A DNA stretch of 64,000 bases, taken from an uncultured Spirochaetota bacterium. GTDB lineage: Bacteria; Spirochaetota; Spirochaetia; SZUA-6; Fen-1364. Made by a program: the position numbers and the translations under genes. Position 1 is the first letter of the stretch, and each line of letters opens with the position of its first letter. This document shows, one piece after another, positions 30,364 to 40,285 of the stretch. The stretch is from contig CAWAHW010000005.1 in the NCBI GenBank assembly GCA_963781885.1, positions 96,001-160,000 on the forward strand, in the 5' to 3' direction. Under the pieces are notes generated by a model. It did not search any database, was not told the DNA's origin, and was given only the letters and a program-made list of their open reading frames with translations.

Positions 30364-31752
30364 ATGATTCTGACGGTTCTCCTGGGCCTTATCGGTGTCG
30401 GCGTGATGGTTTTCGTCCACGAGCTGGGCCATTTCGTCGCGGCGAAGATGAACGGCGTGGTCGTGGAAGTCTTTTCGTTCGGCTGGGGTCCGAAGCTCGT
30501 CGGCTTCTCCTACAAAGGCACGATGTACCAGATCTCCTGGTTTCCCATCGGCGGCTACTGCAAGATGAGCGGGGAGCTCGTGCCCGGCATCGCCGGCGGC
30601 GGACCCGACGCGGCGACGGAGATTGCCAAGGTGCCGGCGCCCGGATCGTTCCTTGGCGCCGCCCCGTGGCGGCGCATCGTCATCAGCGCCTTCGGCCCGC
30701 TCTTCAACCTCGTTTTCGCGCTTCTTGTTTTCGCGATGATCTGGGGCATCGGTTTCTCCGTCTATTCCCCCGACAACCGGGTGATCCTCGCCACGGACTA
30801 CACCCTGGACAAGTTCGCGCAGACCCCGCCCGCGGTCGTCGCCGGCTTGAAGACGGGTGATAGGATCGTCGCGATCGACGGGGCGCCCGTGGAGAAGTTC
30901 CAGGACATCCTGGAAGCTGTTTCCATCGCCCCGGGCAAGACCCTCGCCCTGAAGGTGCAGCGCAGCGTTGACGGCGCGGCCCAGACCCTGGCGCTTTCCA
31001 TCGTGCCGCAGCTCGACAAGGACTCAGGAGCCGCGCGCATCGGAATTTACGCGTGGACCGATCCGCTTGTGTCGACCGTCGCGCCGGGCAGCGCGGCGGC
31101 CCTTGCCGGCCTCCGCAAGGGAGATCGGCTTGCCACAGTGGACGGCAGCCCCATCCGCAATACGATGGACATCTACCAGGCGCTGGCCGCCAAGCCGGCA
31201 AAGGTGACCGTTGGCTACGAGCGCGCGGGCGTCGCCGACACTGCGTCCCTCGTCTTTGTGTACGACGACAAGGGCAGCCCCAATCTCGGGCTCGGCTTCG
31301 ACACGTTCGTCTACCGTTCGCCGCGGCTCAGCTTCCCCGGCGCCATCGCGAAAAGCGCGGAAGAGACCTGGAGCACGGTGACGCTGACGGTGAAAGGCAT
31401 CGGGCTCCTCTTTCAGGGCATCAAGCTGCGAAACGCGGTGGCAGGGCCGCTGCGGATCGGCTACTACATCGGGGAGGCCGCGACGAGCGGATTCGCGATG
31501 GGTGTCGGCGCCGGGCTCGTGTCGTTCTTTCGTCTCCTCGCGTTTCTCAGCGTCGTTCTCTTCCTCATGAACCTGCTGCCCATCCCCGCGATGGACGGGG
31601 GACAGATCGTGCTCTTCGTCGTGGAGATCGCGCGGAGGAGACCGGTGCGATCCAACCTGATCTGGAGGATGCAGATCATCGGCTTCTCCGTCCTGATCCT
31701 GCTCTTCCTCTCGGTCACCTTCAGCGACATACTCTTCTTCGCCGGACGCTGA
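30364..31752 (+). CDS. rseP: RIP metalloprotease RseP (PDZ)
   Basis: FVHELGHF, PIGGYCKM, GPLFN, two PDZ-like regions, NLLPIPAMDGG. Confidence 0.95.
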   Translation: MILTVLLGLIGVGVMVFVHELGHFVAAKMNGVVVEVFSFGWGPKLVGFSYKGTMYQISWFPIGGYCKMSGELVPGIAGGGPDAATEIAKVPAPGSFLGAAPWRRIVISAFGPLFNLVFALLVFAMIWGIGFSVYSPDNRVILATDYTLDKFAQTPPAVVAGLKTGDRIVAIDGAPVEKFQDILEAVSIAPGKTLALKVQRSVDGAAQTLALSIVPQLDKDSGAARIGIYAWTDPLVSTVAPGSAAALAGLRKGDRLATVDGSPIRNTMDIYQALAAKPAKVTVGYERAGVADTASLVFVYDDKGSPNLGLGFDTFVYRSPRLSFPGAIAKSAEETWSTVTLTVKGIGLLFQGIKLRNAVAGPLRIGYYIGEAATSGFAMGVGAGLVSFFRLLAFLSVVLFLMNLLPIPAMDGGQIVLFVVEIARRRPVRSNLIWRMQIIGFSVLILLFLSVTFSDILFFAGR

Positions 31753-31755
31753 AGA

Positions 31756-32391
31756 ATGACCGTGGTCACCCATCGCATCGCCTGCTTCTGCGAAACGACG
31801 TTCGACGCGGAGATTCCCTCCACGGCCGACCTGTCGCGCGACCCTGAGGTCGGCGAGCTCATCCTCGATGGAAGCTTCATGTCGGCGCGCTGTCCGGCCT
31901 GCGGGAAGCTCTTGAGCCCCGAGTTCCCCTTTCGCCTCACGGGCGTCGCGACGGTCGGCGACGTCTTTCTCATCCCCGAGACGGACCGGGCAGCCTACGG
32001 CCGCGGAAAGGTGGATTACCTGGAACCGATGCCGGGCAGGGTCGCCGTCGGATTCCCCGAGCTTGCGGAGAAGGTGCTCATCTTCAGCCGGGGGCTGGAC
32101 GATCGCGTCATCGAGATCATGAAATATTACCTCCTCACCGGCCCGGGGGCGGCGGGGGCTCCCCACGGCGGACGCGATCTGGCGGCGTCCTACGCGGGCA
32201 TCGAGGCCGAAAAACACGTCTTCAACATCCACGGCATGAAGGAAGGGGAGGTCGGCGTCGCGCGTCTTGCGCCGGAGTTCTACGCGCGCGTGGCAAGCGA
32301 CATCGATCGGCGGCTGCAGGAGGAGCCATTCTGCGACTTTTGCGTCCCGCCGTGGGTTTCCGTGAAGCGGATGGCAGGACAGCGGGAATGA
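31756..32391 (+). CDS. CpXC-domain protein
   Basis: IACFCE..F...IP, IL.G.F....CPACG. Confidence 0.7.
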   Translation: MTVVTHRIACFCETTFDAEIPSTADLSRDPEVGELILDGSFMSARCPACGKLLSPEFPFRLTGVATVGDVFLIPETDRAAYGRGKVDYLEPMPGRVAVGFPELAEKVLIFSRGLDDRVIEIMKYYLLTGPGAAGAPHGGRDLAASYAGIEAEKHVFNIHGMKEGEVGVARLAPEFYARVASDIDRRLQEEPFCDFCVPPWVSVKRMAGQRE

Positions 32392-34454
32392 GCCGACGCA
32401 CCTTCATTCCCTTTGTCATCTGCATGGTGCTCGGCGCCGCGGCGAACGCCGCCGGCGCAGCGGAAGCGGCGCAGAGCGTCATCGCATCGGGCCATGCGGG
32501 TCCGATCCTGGGGCTGGAGTACGACGAGAAGCGAGGGCTGCTCTTCAGCTCCGGCCGCGACGGAACGGTGCGTCTCTGGGACGCCTCATCGGGTGCCATC
32601 GTGGAGACCGTCCAGGTGACGCGTCTGCGGGCGGAGAAGATCGCGGTGAATCCCGCGCAGCCCCAGTTCGCGGTCGTCGTCACCGACAATGCCGGCTCTT
32701 ACGCACTGTCGGTGTGGGACTGGGAGCAGGAGCGCCAGCTCTACCGGGTGCCCTTGCGGGAGGAGCCGCAGTTCCTTCGCTTTTCGGGCATGGGGACCTA
32801 CATCCTCTGGGGCGAATCGTCCTGGCAGAGCCTGAAGATCATTCGCGCCGCGGACGGGACACCGGTCTCCTTCCATCCCGAGGGCTTCGGCATCGTGGGT
32901 TACGCGGAGATGTCCCGATCGGAGAAGACCCTCATGACCTACCAGGTCTCGGGACGGATCGACTACTGGGACATGGCATCCGGCCAGCAGACACTCGACT
33001 TGCAGTGCGTGCCCTACCTTTCCGGCATACGCATGTCACGCGATAAAAGCAGGCTCGTCGGTTCCACGGGCAGGGAAATCTATGTCTTGGACAGCGTCAC
33101 CGGTGCCACGCGCGGTCATGCCGCCCTGGCGGGCGTCCTCGCCCTGGATTTTTCCCCGTCGGGCTCCGAGATCGCCTGCATCTCGGGCACCGGCGGCTTG
33201 ATGCGGCTCGTGTCATCGGGCGACTCGCTTGCCACCAGCGGGAACCCGTCGAAGCTCTCCGCCCCGGCGACGCTTCTCTGCTACGCCTCCGACGCCTTGT
33301 TCGCGGCGGACTCGTCGGGGGGACTTTACTCCATCGCGGCGTCGGGGGCCGCGGTGCAGGTGGGGCGGAACGTCCTTGCCGATGTCAGCGGCTTTGACGT
33401 CGTGCACGGGATGCTCGCACTCGGCGCGAGCGGCGGGGTGCGTGTTTTCACGAGCGACATGCTCACCCACGCGACGACCCCTTCATTCATCCGATCGTTC
33501 TACGTCCAGAACCCGCTCGGCGCGGCCCCGGGTCTTGCCTTTTCCTCGAACGAGCGGCTGGTCGCCTGGAGGGCGGACGCGTCGGGCCAGGGTCTTGCCG
33601 CCCTGGACACGTCCGGGCTGGCCGCGCCCGGTGCGGTTGCGGGGACGTTCCAGAGCCTGCCGGCAGGCTTTCGCGCGCCGGTGATCGATCTGCGCGCGAC
33701 GGCAAATGAGGCGATCGGCGTGGAGGCAGGAAGCGTCGTGCGCATCGTGGACCTGCTGTCGGGCGCGTCGCGCTTCGACGCGAAAGTCCCCGGCGCGTCC
33801 ACGGCCGTGCGTGTGTCACCGACGGGGCTCATCGTGGCGAGGAATGCCACGTCTGCCGCGGAGGGATCGCTCCTGCGCGTGAACATGGCAACGGGGGAAA
33901 CCGTCGCGCTCAAGGGGCGCAACGTCTTCACGTACCTCCTCCTGCTGGACCCCGGTCCTCCCGGCGGCGTCCCCACGCTGTATTCCGTCGGGGTCGATCA
34001 ATCAGGATCGACGAATCTTGTTCGATTCGACGGCCCGAGCTTCACCGCGGAGTCCCTTCTGGATTCCGTTTCTGACGTTGACTTGAACGTGGCGCTCGCC
34101 CTCGACCCGGACACCCACGTTCTGTACGCCACCCTGGGGCAGGACAGGACCATTGCCTGGGACGGGTCCCAGCTGCGCGTCATCGACCTGCGCAACGCCT
34201 CACCGCGCAGGCTTCTTGCTCGGGACCACATGCTTTTCTCTCTGAACAAGGATTCCACGGTCACCATTGCGGACAGCGCCACGGGGGCGTGGCTCGCGCG
34301 CATCGGGCTCTTTCAGGACGGGGAGTGGTGCGTCGTCATGAGCGACGGCCGCTACGCTGCATCCACGGGCGGCGACGTGAACGTGCAGGTGATCGCCAAC
34401 GGCGCTCCCGTGGCCGTCAAGGAAGACTACAGGCTTCGCATCCAGATGCAATAG
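32388..34454 (+). CDS. Secreted WD40/beta-propeller protein
   Basis: Signal peptide; GHAGPI..L......LLFSSGRDGTVRLWD repeat. Confidence 0.75.
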   Translation: MSRRTFIPFVICMVLGAAANAAGAAEAAQSVIASGHAGPILGLEYDEKRGLLFSSGRDGTVRLWDASSGAIVETVQVTRLRAEKIAVNPAQPQFAVVVTDNAGSYALSVWDWEQERQLYRVPLREEPQFLRFSGMGTYILWGESSWQSLKIIRAADGTPVSFHPEGFGIVGYAEMSRSEKTLMTYQVSGRIDYWDMASGQQTLDLQCVPYLSGIRMSRDKSRLVGSTGREIYVLDSVTGATRGHAALAGVLALDFSPSGSEIACISGTGGLMRLVSSGDSLATSGNPSKLSAPATLLCYASDALFAADSSGGLYSIAASGAAVQVGRNVLADVSGFDVVHGMLALGASGGVRVFTSDMLTHATTPSFIRSFYVQNPLGAAPGLAFSSNERLVAWRADASGQGLAALDTSGLAAPGAVAGTFQSLPAGFRAPVIDLRATANEAIGVEAGSVVRIVDLLSGASRFDAKVPGASTAVRVSPTGLIVARNATSAAEGSLLRVNMATGETVALKGRNVFTYLLLLDPGPPGGVPTLYSVGVDQSGSTNLVRFDGPSFTAESLLDSVSDVDLNVALALDPDTHVLYATLGQDRTIAWDGSQLRVIDLRNASPRRLLARDHMLFSLNKDSTVTIADSATGAWLARIGLFQDGEWCVVMSDGRYAASTGGDVNVQVIANGAPVAVKEDYRLRIQMQ

Positions 34455-34469
34455 CCGGGGAAAGACACC

Positions 34470-34760
34470 CTAATCGTGTGAAGGATTGGCCTTGACGCGG
34501 AGGATGGCGTCGTGGACGGCGCGCTTTATGTCCTGCTGGGCCTCGGCCGCCGTGGATGCCTTTGCATAGACGCTGCCCATGAGGGAGACCCGGTAGGCTG
34601 GGCGCGTATTGTTCAGGGCGAAGGCGGCCATGTCGAGCACGCAGTCCTGGCAGGTGCAGAGGTCGGTCGCAGCCCGAATCTGCGATTCCAGCTCTTCCAG
34701 AACCAGGCGCTCCGACTCGTTCACCAGGCCGTCGAAATCGTAGTCTTCCCGCAGAGACAT
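34470..34760 (-). CDS. ComFB-family protein
   Basis: LVNESERLV, CTCQDCVLDMAAFALN..RP.Y, V.ANPSH; AAGGAG RBS. Confidence 0.88.
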   Translation of the reverse strand: MSLREDYDFDGLVNESERLVLEELESQIRAATDLCTCQDCVLDMAAFALNNTRPAYRVSLMGSVYAKASTAAEAQQDIKRAVHDAILRVKANPSHD

Positions 34761-34818
34761 CGCTGCTCCTTACAGGAAATGATACACCCGCCTGTCCTCG
34801 GCGGCTACGGGCCCCTGC

Positions 34819-34878
34819 ACGGCGACGGGCCTCCTTTCGTCCATCCCTGGACTCGTCGGCCCTCGCGGCTCTCGCCGT
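34819..34878 (-). repeat. Structured dispersed repeat, copy A
   Basis: Minus: ACGGCGA..GAGGGCCGACGAGTCCAGGGATGGACGAAAGGAGGCCCG.TCGCCGT; similar to 45676-45730 and 55570-55762. Confidence 0.75.
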
Positions 34879-34951
34879 CCTGCGCGCCGCCTGCGGCGAC
34901 GCTGGGCCGGCTGCCGCCCTCCGCGCGGCGTACCGCGCTACGCGTCCGTGG

Positions 34952-36277
34952 CTATGCCTGTCCCCTCTCCAACGGCTCGAACTTCGTGTAGCGGGAAATG
35001 AACGCGAGGCGCAGCTCGCCGACGGGGCCGTTGCGCTGCTTCGCCACGATGATCTCACGCTCGTCGACCTTCGGGTCCTCCGAATGGATGAAGATGACGA
35101 CGTCCGCGTCCTGCTCGATCGATCCTGACTCGCGCAGGTCGGCGAGATTGGGCCGCTTTCCCTCTGTCTCGCGTCGGACCTGGGAGAGGGCAATCACGGG
35201 AAGCGAGAGCTCGCGGGCAAGGGCCTTCAAAGAACGGGAGATATCGGCGATCTGCTCGTGTCGGGGGAGGTCGCGATTCTCCGAGCCCACGAGCGTGATG
35301 TAGTCGATGAAGATGATCTTCACCCCGTGATTGCTCTTCATCCGGCGCGCCTGCGCGCGGAGGTCGAGCAGTTTCAGGTCGGGGGAATCGCTGATGTACA
35401 GCGGCGCCTCGTACATCCGGCTGCAGGCGTCGGTGAGCCGGCTGAAGTCGCCGGGGGTCAGCATGCCGATACGCATCTTGTGGGAATCCAGACGCGCCTC
35501 CATGGACAGGAGACGCTGCATGATAGCCATCGCGCTCATTTCCAGTGAGAAAAAGCCCACCGGGATCTTCTGCTTCACGGCGACATTGGCGGCGATGGAC
35601 AGGGCGAGCGCCGTCTTGCCCACCGACGGCCGTGCGCCGATGACGATGAACTCCGAGTTCTGGAACCCGAGCGTGAGAGAGTCCAGGTCCTTGAAACCCG
35701 AGGGGATCCCGGAATACTCGGATTGCGAACCGGACAGCTTCTCGATGGCCTCGAAGGTCTGCTTGACGATTTCCTTTGCCGGGGAGTAGGTCCCGGTCTG
35801 GTTGCGGTCGGAGATCTCGAAGATGCGCCGCTCCGCCTCTTCCAGGATGGCGCTGATCTCCGTGCTTTCATCGTGGGCGTGCGCGATGATCTCCTGGGAG
35901 ACGCGCGCGAGGGTGCGACGGATGCTCGCCGCCTGGACGATGCGCGCGTAGAACTCGGCGTTCGCGCTCGTCGGGACCGACGAGGTGAGGCGGGAGATGT
36001 AGGCCATGCCCCCGCAGGACTCGAGCGTTCCGCGGGCCCGCAGCTCGTCCGCGAGCGTGATCAGGTCGATCGACTGCCCGTGGTCGAAAAGGGAGAGGAT
36101 GGCCTCATAGATCCGCTGGTGGGCGCCCTTGTAGAAGTCCTCGGGCCGGACCAGCGGGATGAGCTCGGAGAGCGATTCGGCGTCGATGAGCGCGGCGCCG
36201 AGGGTCGCGATCTCGGCTTCCTCGTTGTGCGAGGGGATTGCGTCCCGCAGAGGGCCGGGCGACGGCGCGCCGCTCAC
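34952..36277 (-). CDS. dnaB: Replicative DNA helicase
   Basis: HNEEAE...LG, GARPSVGKTA, FFSLEM, IDY, ALSQ, DLRESGSIEQDADVV, AKQRNGPVG; no intein. Confidence 0.97.
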   Translation of the reverse strand: MSGAPSPGPLRDAIPSHNEEAEIATLGAALIDAESLSELIPLVRPEDFYKGAHQRIYEAILSLFDHGQSIDLITLADELRARGTLESCGGMAYISRLTSSVPTSANAEFYARIVQAASIRRTLARVSQEIIAHAHDESTEISAILEEAERRIFEISDRNQTGTYSPAKEIVKQTFEAIEKLSGSQSEYSGIPSGFKDLDSLTLGFQNSEFIVIGARPSVGKTALALSIAANVAVKQKIPVGFFSLEMSAMAIMQRLLSMEARLDSHKMRIGMLTPGDFSRLTDACSRMYEAPLYISDSPDLKLLDLRAQARRMKSNHGVKIIFIDYITLVGSENRDLPRHEQIADISRSLKALARELSLPVIALSQVRRETEGKRPNLADLRESGSIEQDADVVIFIHSEDPKVDEREIIVAKQRNGPVGELRLAFISRYTKFEPLERGQA

Positions 36278-36291
36278 GGTGCCGCGGACCG

Positions 36292-36882
36292 CTACTGGGC
36301 GTCGACGGGGGGCGCGCTCTCGGGAGCCGTCTCCGATTCAGCGGGAGGCTTCTCCGCGGGAGCCTCGTCGCGGGGCTTTTCCGCGGCCGGTTTGCGCGGT
36401 GCCCGCTGCTTTGCCGGGGCTGGCGCACCGGGCTGCGCGGCGCCTTCCACGATCAGCTTCACCGTGGCCTCTTCCTTGTCGTACAGGCGGATGCGGATCT
36501 TGTACGTGCCGACGCTCCGGATGGTGTGGTCGGGTATCTCGATGCGCTTCTTCTCGATGGCGAAGCCCTTCTTTTCCAGCTCCACGGCGACATTCGTGTT
36601 GTTCACGGAGCCGAAAAGCTTCCCGTTCTCGCCCGCCGGCACGCTGAACCGCACCTCTTCCGCCTCGAGGCGCTCCTTGAGGCTCGCCGCTTCCAGGCGC
36701 TTGCCTTCCTTGCGCTTCTCGATCGATGCGCGCTTGTGCTCCAGCGCGACGAGGAACTCTTTCGTGTGCGGAACGGCGAGCTTCTGGGGAAGCAGGAAAT
36801 TGCGGGCATAGCCGGCCGCGACGTCCTTGATGTCTCCCTCTTCACCGAGTCCTATCACGTCCTGATTGAGAATCACCTTCAT
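36292..36882 (-). CDS. rplI: 50S ribosomal protein L9 with Pro/Ala-rich C-terminal tail
   Basis: MKVIL.QDV.GLG..G....V..GYARNFLLP, GKLFGSV. Confidence 0.96.
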   Translation of the reverse strand: MKVILNQDVIGLGEEGDIKDVAAGYARNFLLPQKLAVPHTKEFLVALEHKRASIEKRKEGKRLEAASLKERLEAEEVRFSVPAGENGKLFGSVNNTNVAVELEKKGFAIEKKRIEIPDHTIRSVGTYKIRIRLYDKEEATVKLIVEGAAQPGAPAPAKQRAPRKPAAEKPRDEAPAEKPPAESETAPESAPPVDAQ

Positions 36883-36903
36883 CCGAGTAACGCTCCTTTC
36901 TCT

Positions 36904-37920
36904 CTATCCGTCATTGGTCGGCGCCGCGCTCCTGGGGATGCGGTAGCGGACCCAGTTTTCCGATATCCCGAACAGCGGGACAGCCACGAGCACAATCACC
37001 CCGATGCCCGGGCTCACCGCGAGTATCCCCAGCACGATGACAAGCAGAAGCCAGAGGAAGCGCGGCAGGTGACGCGCCTCGAACTGGAACCAGACGATGG
37101 CCAGCCCCTGCAGGCCGTAAAGGAAGAGCAGGACCAGCGCGATGTTCCAGCCGACGAAGGCCCACGATGAAAAGTGGAAGAAAAGGTCCGCCAGCACGAC
37201 CGCCCCTGAAGCGATCAGCGGCCACAGCCAGAAGCTCTCCAGGCGAAAGCGCGAGAAGCGAAACGAGGGCGCGATGCCGAGGAAGGCCGGCGCGCGCGCG
37301 GCGGCTGCCTGGCCGGCCCACCAGGAAAAGGTGAGCATGATCATGTAGTCCGCCAGCAGCGTCCGCGTGAGGAAGGATTCCGACATCTCCCGCAGGTGCG
37401 TCGGCTCGAGGATGGGCGCCAGGAGCGCGCTCCCGAATCCGTCGGTGGCTGGCGCAAGCGCGGTGGACAGGACCTTTGCCGTATCCGAAAAGAGGCTGTT
37501 CATCGACGCCTGGAACGCATCGGTGCGAGCCAGGACCACGATGGTCGGGAATCCGATGATGCCCGCGACTGCGGTGGCTGCCAGAAGCATGACCGCGGTG
37601 CGGGGGCGTCCCTTGATCGGCACGTTCACGCCCAGGAGCCCCAGGAGCAGAAGAAGGACCCCGCCCGTCTCCATGAAGATCACCATGTCAGGGGCGCCGG
37701 CGCCCGGGGACAGGACGAACGGTCCGAAGCGGAGGGCGAGAAAGACGACGAAAAAGACACCCGCCGCCGCGCAGAGACCGCGGATCCCCCGCCGGGAGGC
37801 GACGACCTGCAGGGGCACGAGGAAGAGCACGAACCCGATGATCGTGTGATACAGGAGGAGCGATGAAAGCGTGAACAGGAGTATCTCGAGATACCGTCCA
37901 CCTGAGGATCTCTGGTACAT
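36904..37920 (-). CDS. YybS/DUF2232 membrane protein
   Basis: Multi-TM, YGLQGLAI motif; position between rpsR and rplI. Confidence 0.75.
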   Translation of the reverse strand: MYQRSSGGRYLEILLFTLSSLLLYHTIIGFVLFLVPLQVVASRRGIRGLCAAAGVFFVVFLALRFGPFVLSPGAGAPDMVIFMETGGVLLLLLGLLGVNVPIKGRPRTAVMLLAATAVAGIIGFPTIVVLARTDAFQASMNSLFSDTAKVLSTALAPATDGFGSALLAPILEPTHLREMSESFLTRTLLADYMIMLTFSWWAGQAAAARAPAFLGIAPSFRFSRFRLESFWLWPLIASGAVVLADLFFHFSSWAFVGWNIALVLLFLYGLQGLAIVWFQFEARHLPRFLWLLLVIVLGILAVSPGIGVIVLVAVPLFGISENWVRYRIPRSAAPTNDG

Positions 37921-37960
37921 GCTGCAGCCCCCGAGGGGAGAATCCGCTTGTCGGCCGACT

Positions 37961-38416
37961 CTACCGTGCCACGTAGGGGAGGAGTGCGAGGCTGCGCGCG
38001 CGCTTGATGGCCCGTGCGAGCTCCCTCTGATGTTTCGCGCATGTGCCCGTGATCCGGCGCGGCATGATCTTTCCCCGCTCCGACGTGAAGCGCTTCAGGC
38101 CTCCGGCGTCCTTCCAATCGATGGTGGCCTTCTTGATGCAGAACTTGCAGACCTTCCGCTTGAAGAACGTCTTGTGCCGGCCGCGGCCGCCCTGGTAGCC
38201 GCCGCGCTCGCCGCGGTCCGACCGGTCGCCACCGCCGAATCCGCCTTCCCGCCGGAAGCCGCCCTCGCGGCGGTATCCACCGGGTCCGCGATCGCCTTGC
38301 GGCCGGTCGCCTTGCGGCCGATCGCCCTGCGGGCGGTCTCCCTGGGGCCGATCCGCCGCCGGCGCCGGGCTTTCCGGCCGCGGGGTGGATTCTGGTGTGC
38401 TCTGGTTATCTGACAT
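37961..38416 (-). CDS. rpsR: 30S ribosomal protein S18 (Zn-binding form) with repetitive N-terminal extension
   Basis: RKVCKFC...IDWKD...[22 protein letters not shown]. Confidence 0.96.
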   Translation of the reverse strand: MSDNQSTPESTPRPESPAPAADRPQGDRPQGDRPQGDRPQGDRGPGGYRREGGFRREGGFGGGDRSDRGERGGYQGGRGRHKTFFKRKVCKFCIKKATIDWKDAGGLKRFTSERGKIMPRRITGTCAKHQRELARAIKRARSLALLPYVAR

Positions 38417-38442
38417 GCCTGCTTTCCTCTCTTCTCTATCTG

Positions 38443-38877
38443 CTAGAATGGAATATCGTCTTCAAAGGTATCCGGGGCCGGTGCGCCGGCTTCCGGCACC
38501 TCGCTCCCGCCGCTTCTGGCCTCACTCGGTGCGCCGCCCTGCCGTGCGCCGGTCCCGCTGCCGAGGAGCTGGATATTGTTCGCGTGTATCTCCACCTTGC
38601 TGCGCGCCTGGCCGTCCTGCTCCCAGCGGTTCTGCCGCAGCTCGCCTTCCACGCCGATCTGCTTGCCCTTGAGGAGATACTGGTTCAGCGATTCCGCGGT
38701 CTTGCCCCAGAGCACGACGTCGAAGAAGTGGGCTTCGTCGACCCACTGGTCGTCCTTTTTGCGTCTCTGGTTGATCGCGATGCCGAACTTGCTCACTGCC
38801 GCGCCGTTGTTGGTATACTTCAGCTCCGCGTTGCGCGTCAGTCTGCCGACGAGAACGACGTGGTTGATGTCTGCCAT
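38443..38877 (-). CDS. ssb: Single-stranded DNA-binding protein
   Basis: [16 protein letters not shown]-terminal DDIPF. Confidence 0.97.
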   Translation of the reverse strand: MADINHVVLVGRLTRNAELKYTNNGAAVSKFGIAINQRRKKDDQWVDEAHFFDVVLWGKTAESLNQYLLKGKQIGVEGELRQNRWEQDGQARSKVEIHANNIQLLGSGTGARQGGAPSEARSGGSEVPEAGAPAPDTFEDDIPF

Positions 38878-38897
38878 AGCGCCCTCCCGCGGGAAAG

Positions 38898-39179
38898 CTA
38901 GTTGTCCTGCCGGACGAACAGGTACTTGAGGATTTCTGGCCTGAGCTTGAGCGTCTTCGTGAGAGCCTTGAGAGGCTCCGGAGGGCTTTCGATGACGTAG
39001 AGAACGTAATGACCCCGGTCGTTCTTGCGCACGGGGTAGGAGAGGAGACGGTCTCCCATGTCCTCTTCCTTCTTCAGTGAAATGCCGATGGTCTCAAATT
39101 CCTTGCGCAGGAATTCGCGACCCGCCTGGTGCTGATTCTCCTCCGCGGAGAATATCACCACCGCTTCGTAGGTCTTCAT
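38898..39179 (-). CDS. rpsF: 30S ribosomal protein S6
   Basis: MKTYE, MG.R.LSYPV.K..RG.Y; GGAGG/AAGGA upstream; first gene of rpsF-ssb-rpsR. Confidence 0.93.
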   Translation of the reverse strand: MKTYEAVVIFSAEENQHQAGREFLRKEFETIGISLKKEEDMGDRLLSYPVRKNDRGHYVLYVIESPPEPLKALTKTLKLRPEILKYLFVRQDN

Positions 39180-39241
39180 GTCTGTCCTTCCTCCCCATGG
39201 GCTATGACTCGTGCCGTGGCGCGAGTAAAGAGGTAGAAGCA

Positions 39242-39271
39242 ACCTTAGCGGTCCCGGGGATGCTCTGTCAA
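39242..39271 (-). promoter_or_regulatory. sigma70 promoter of rpsF operon
   Basis: TTGACA-N18-TAAGGT on minus strand. Confidence 0.55.
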
Positions 39272-39308
39272 GTGACCCCGGAAGCCCGCCGATCATGTAC
39301 ATTGTACG

Positions 39309-39764
39309 ATGACGCGCAAGATCAATTACGAGGACGACATCTTCACGGTCGCGCTCCAGGTGCGCTGCCTCCAGGACGCTTTGAAGCTCGAGGTGGATCC
39401 GGACCTGTTCAAGGATCGCCTCCTCGGGGACATCGCCTGGATCGACGGCATCGCCGGGCGCCTCTATCAGAGCCTCCGCGAGAGCTCGCAGTACGTGAAG
39501 AGGCAGGAGCATCTGAAGGAGCTCGCGAAGCTGAAGCGCGCCTTTGCGGAGGCGCTTGACGCCCTGGTGGAAAAGCGTGCCCCCTTTGCCGCGCACCTGG
39601 AAGAGAAGCTGCCCGAGCTCCGCGCCCTTCGCGACGCGCACCGCCGCGACATCGGCGAGATCAGGACGCTCCTGGAAGGCACAGGCGCACCGGAGGAGCA
39701 GCACATGGTTTCCGCCGAGGAGCTGAAATTCCTCATGACCTCGGACGAGGACGCCGAGCCGTAG
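39309..39764 (+). CDS. Hypothetical helical protein
   Basis: Fills gap between rpsF and rplU with typical codon usage; KINYEDDIF...LKL..DP.LF...VS.EEL..L. Confidence 0.75.
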   Translation: MTRKINYEDDIFTVALQVRCLQDALKLEVDPDLFKDRLLGDIAWIDGIAGRLYQSLRESSQYVKRQEHLKELAKLKRAFAEALDALVEKRAPFAAHLEEKLPELRALRDAHRRDIGEIRTLLEGTGAPEEQHMVSAEELKFLMTSDEDAEP

Positions 39765-39854
39765 GCTGCCGCCCCCGCGCGGCTCTGCCGCGGAGTCGGA
39801 CTCATCGGTCCCCGTGCGCCACTTGACCACCGCACCCCTTCCCCGGTACTGTCT

Positions 39855-39960
39855 ATGATGGATTTCGTGGTGCGCCCGTGCGCGCCGCCCCGTGCATGTC
39901 GCTCCCGTGGAGTCACGGGCCCGCCGTGGGCGAATCATGATTATCGTGAGGATGGATCGT
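39855..39960 (+). promoter_or_regulatory. Possible structured rplU leader (L21-leader-like)
   Basis: About 105-nt 5' region after TTGACC-N18-TACTGT with hairpins including CGCC-GTG-GGCGAATC. Confidence 0.3.
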
Positions 39961-40278
39961 ATGTACGCGCTGGTTGACATTCTCGGCAAACAGTACAAGG
40001 TCGAACAGGGAAGCATCCTGAACGTCGATCACCTGTCGAAAGACAAGGGCGATGCTGTGGAGTTCCCGTCGGTTCTGATGATCTCCGACGGCGGCGCCAC
40101 GAGGATCGGGAGCCCGTACGTTCCCGGTGTCTCGGTACGCGCGGTCGTGGAGGAGCACGGACGAGGGAAGAAGCTCGTATTCGGCAAGTTCAAGAAGAAG
40201 AAGAACTACCGCCGGCGGTACGGCCATCGACAGGAGTTCTCCACGATCAAGATCGAGGGCTTCAACGGCATCGGCTGA
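39961..40278 (+). CDS. rplU: 50S ribosomal protein L21
   Basis: MYALV...GKQYKV..G, IGSPYV, K..YRRR.GHRQ. Confidence 0.96.
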   Translation: MYALVDILGKQYKVEQGSILNVDHLSKDKGDAVEFPSVLMISDGGATRIGSPYVPGVSVRAVVEEHGRGKKLVFGKFKKKKNYRRRYGHRQEFSTIKIEGFNGIG

Positions 40279-40285
40279 TCGCTCC

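Noticed and set aside
34835-34860. Hammerhead-ribozyme-like core on minus strand (CCGACGA-GTCC...GGAC-GAAA)
   Set aside because: U4 is C, no stem III with an NUH site can be formed, and GAAA is not kept in the other repeat copies
39180-39240. Possible S6:S18 autoregulatory leader upstream of rpsF
   Set aside because: A hairpin (ACTCG.GCC/GGC.CGAGT) is present but I cannot verify the consensus by eye; needs a covariance-model scan
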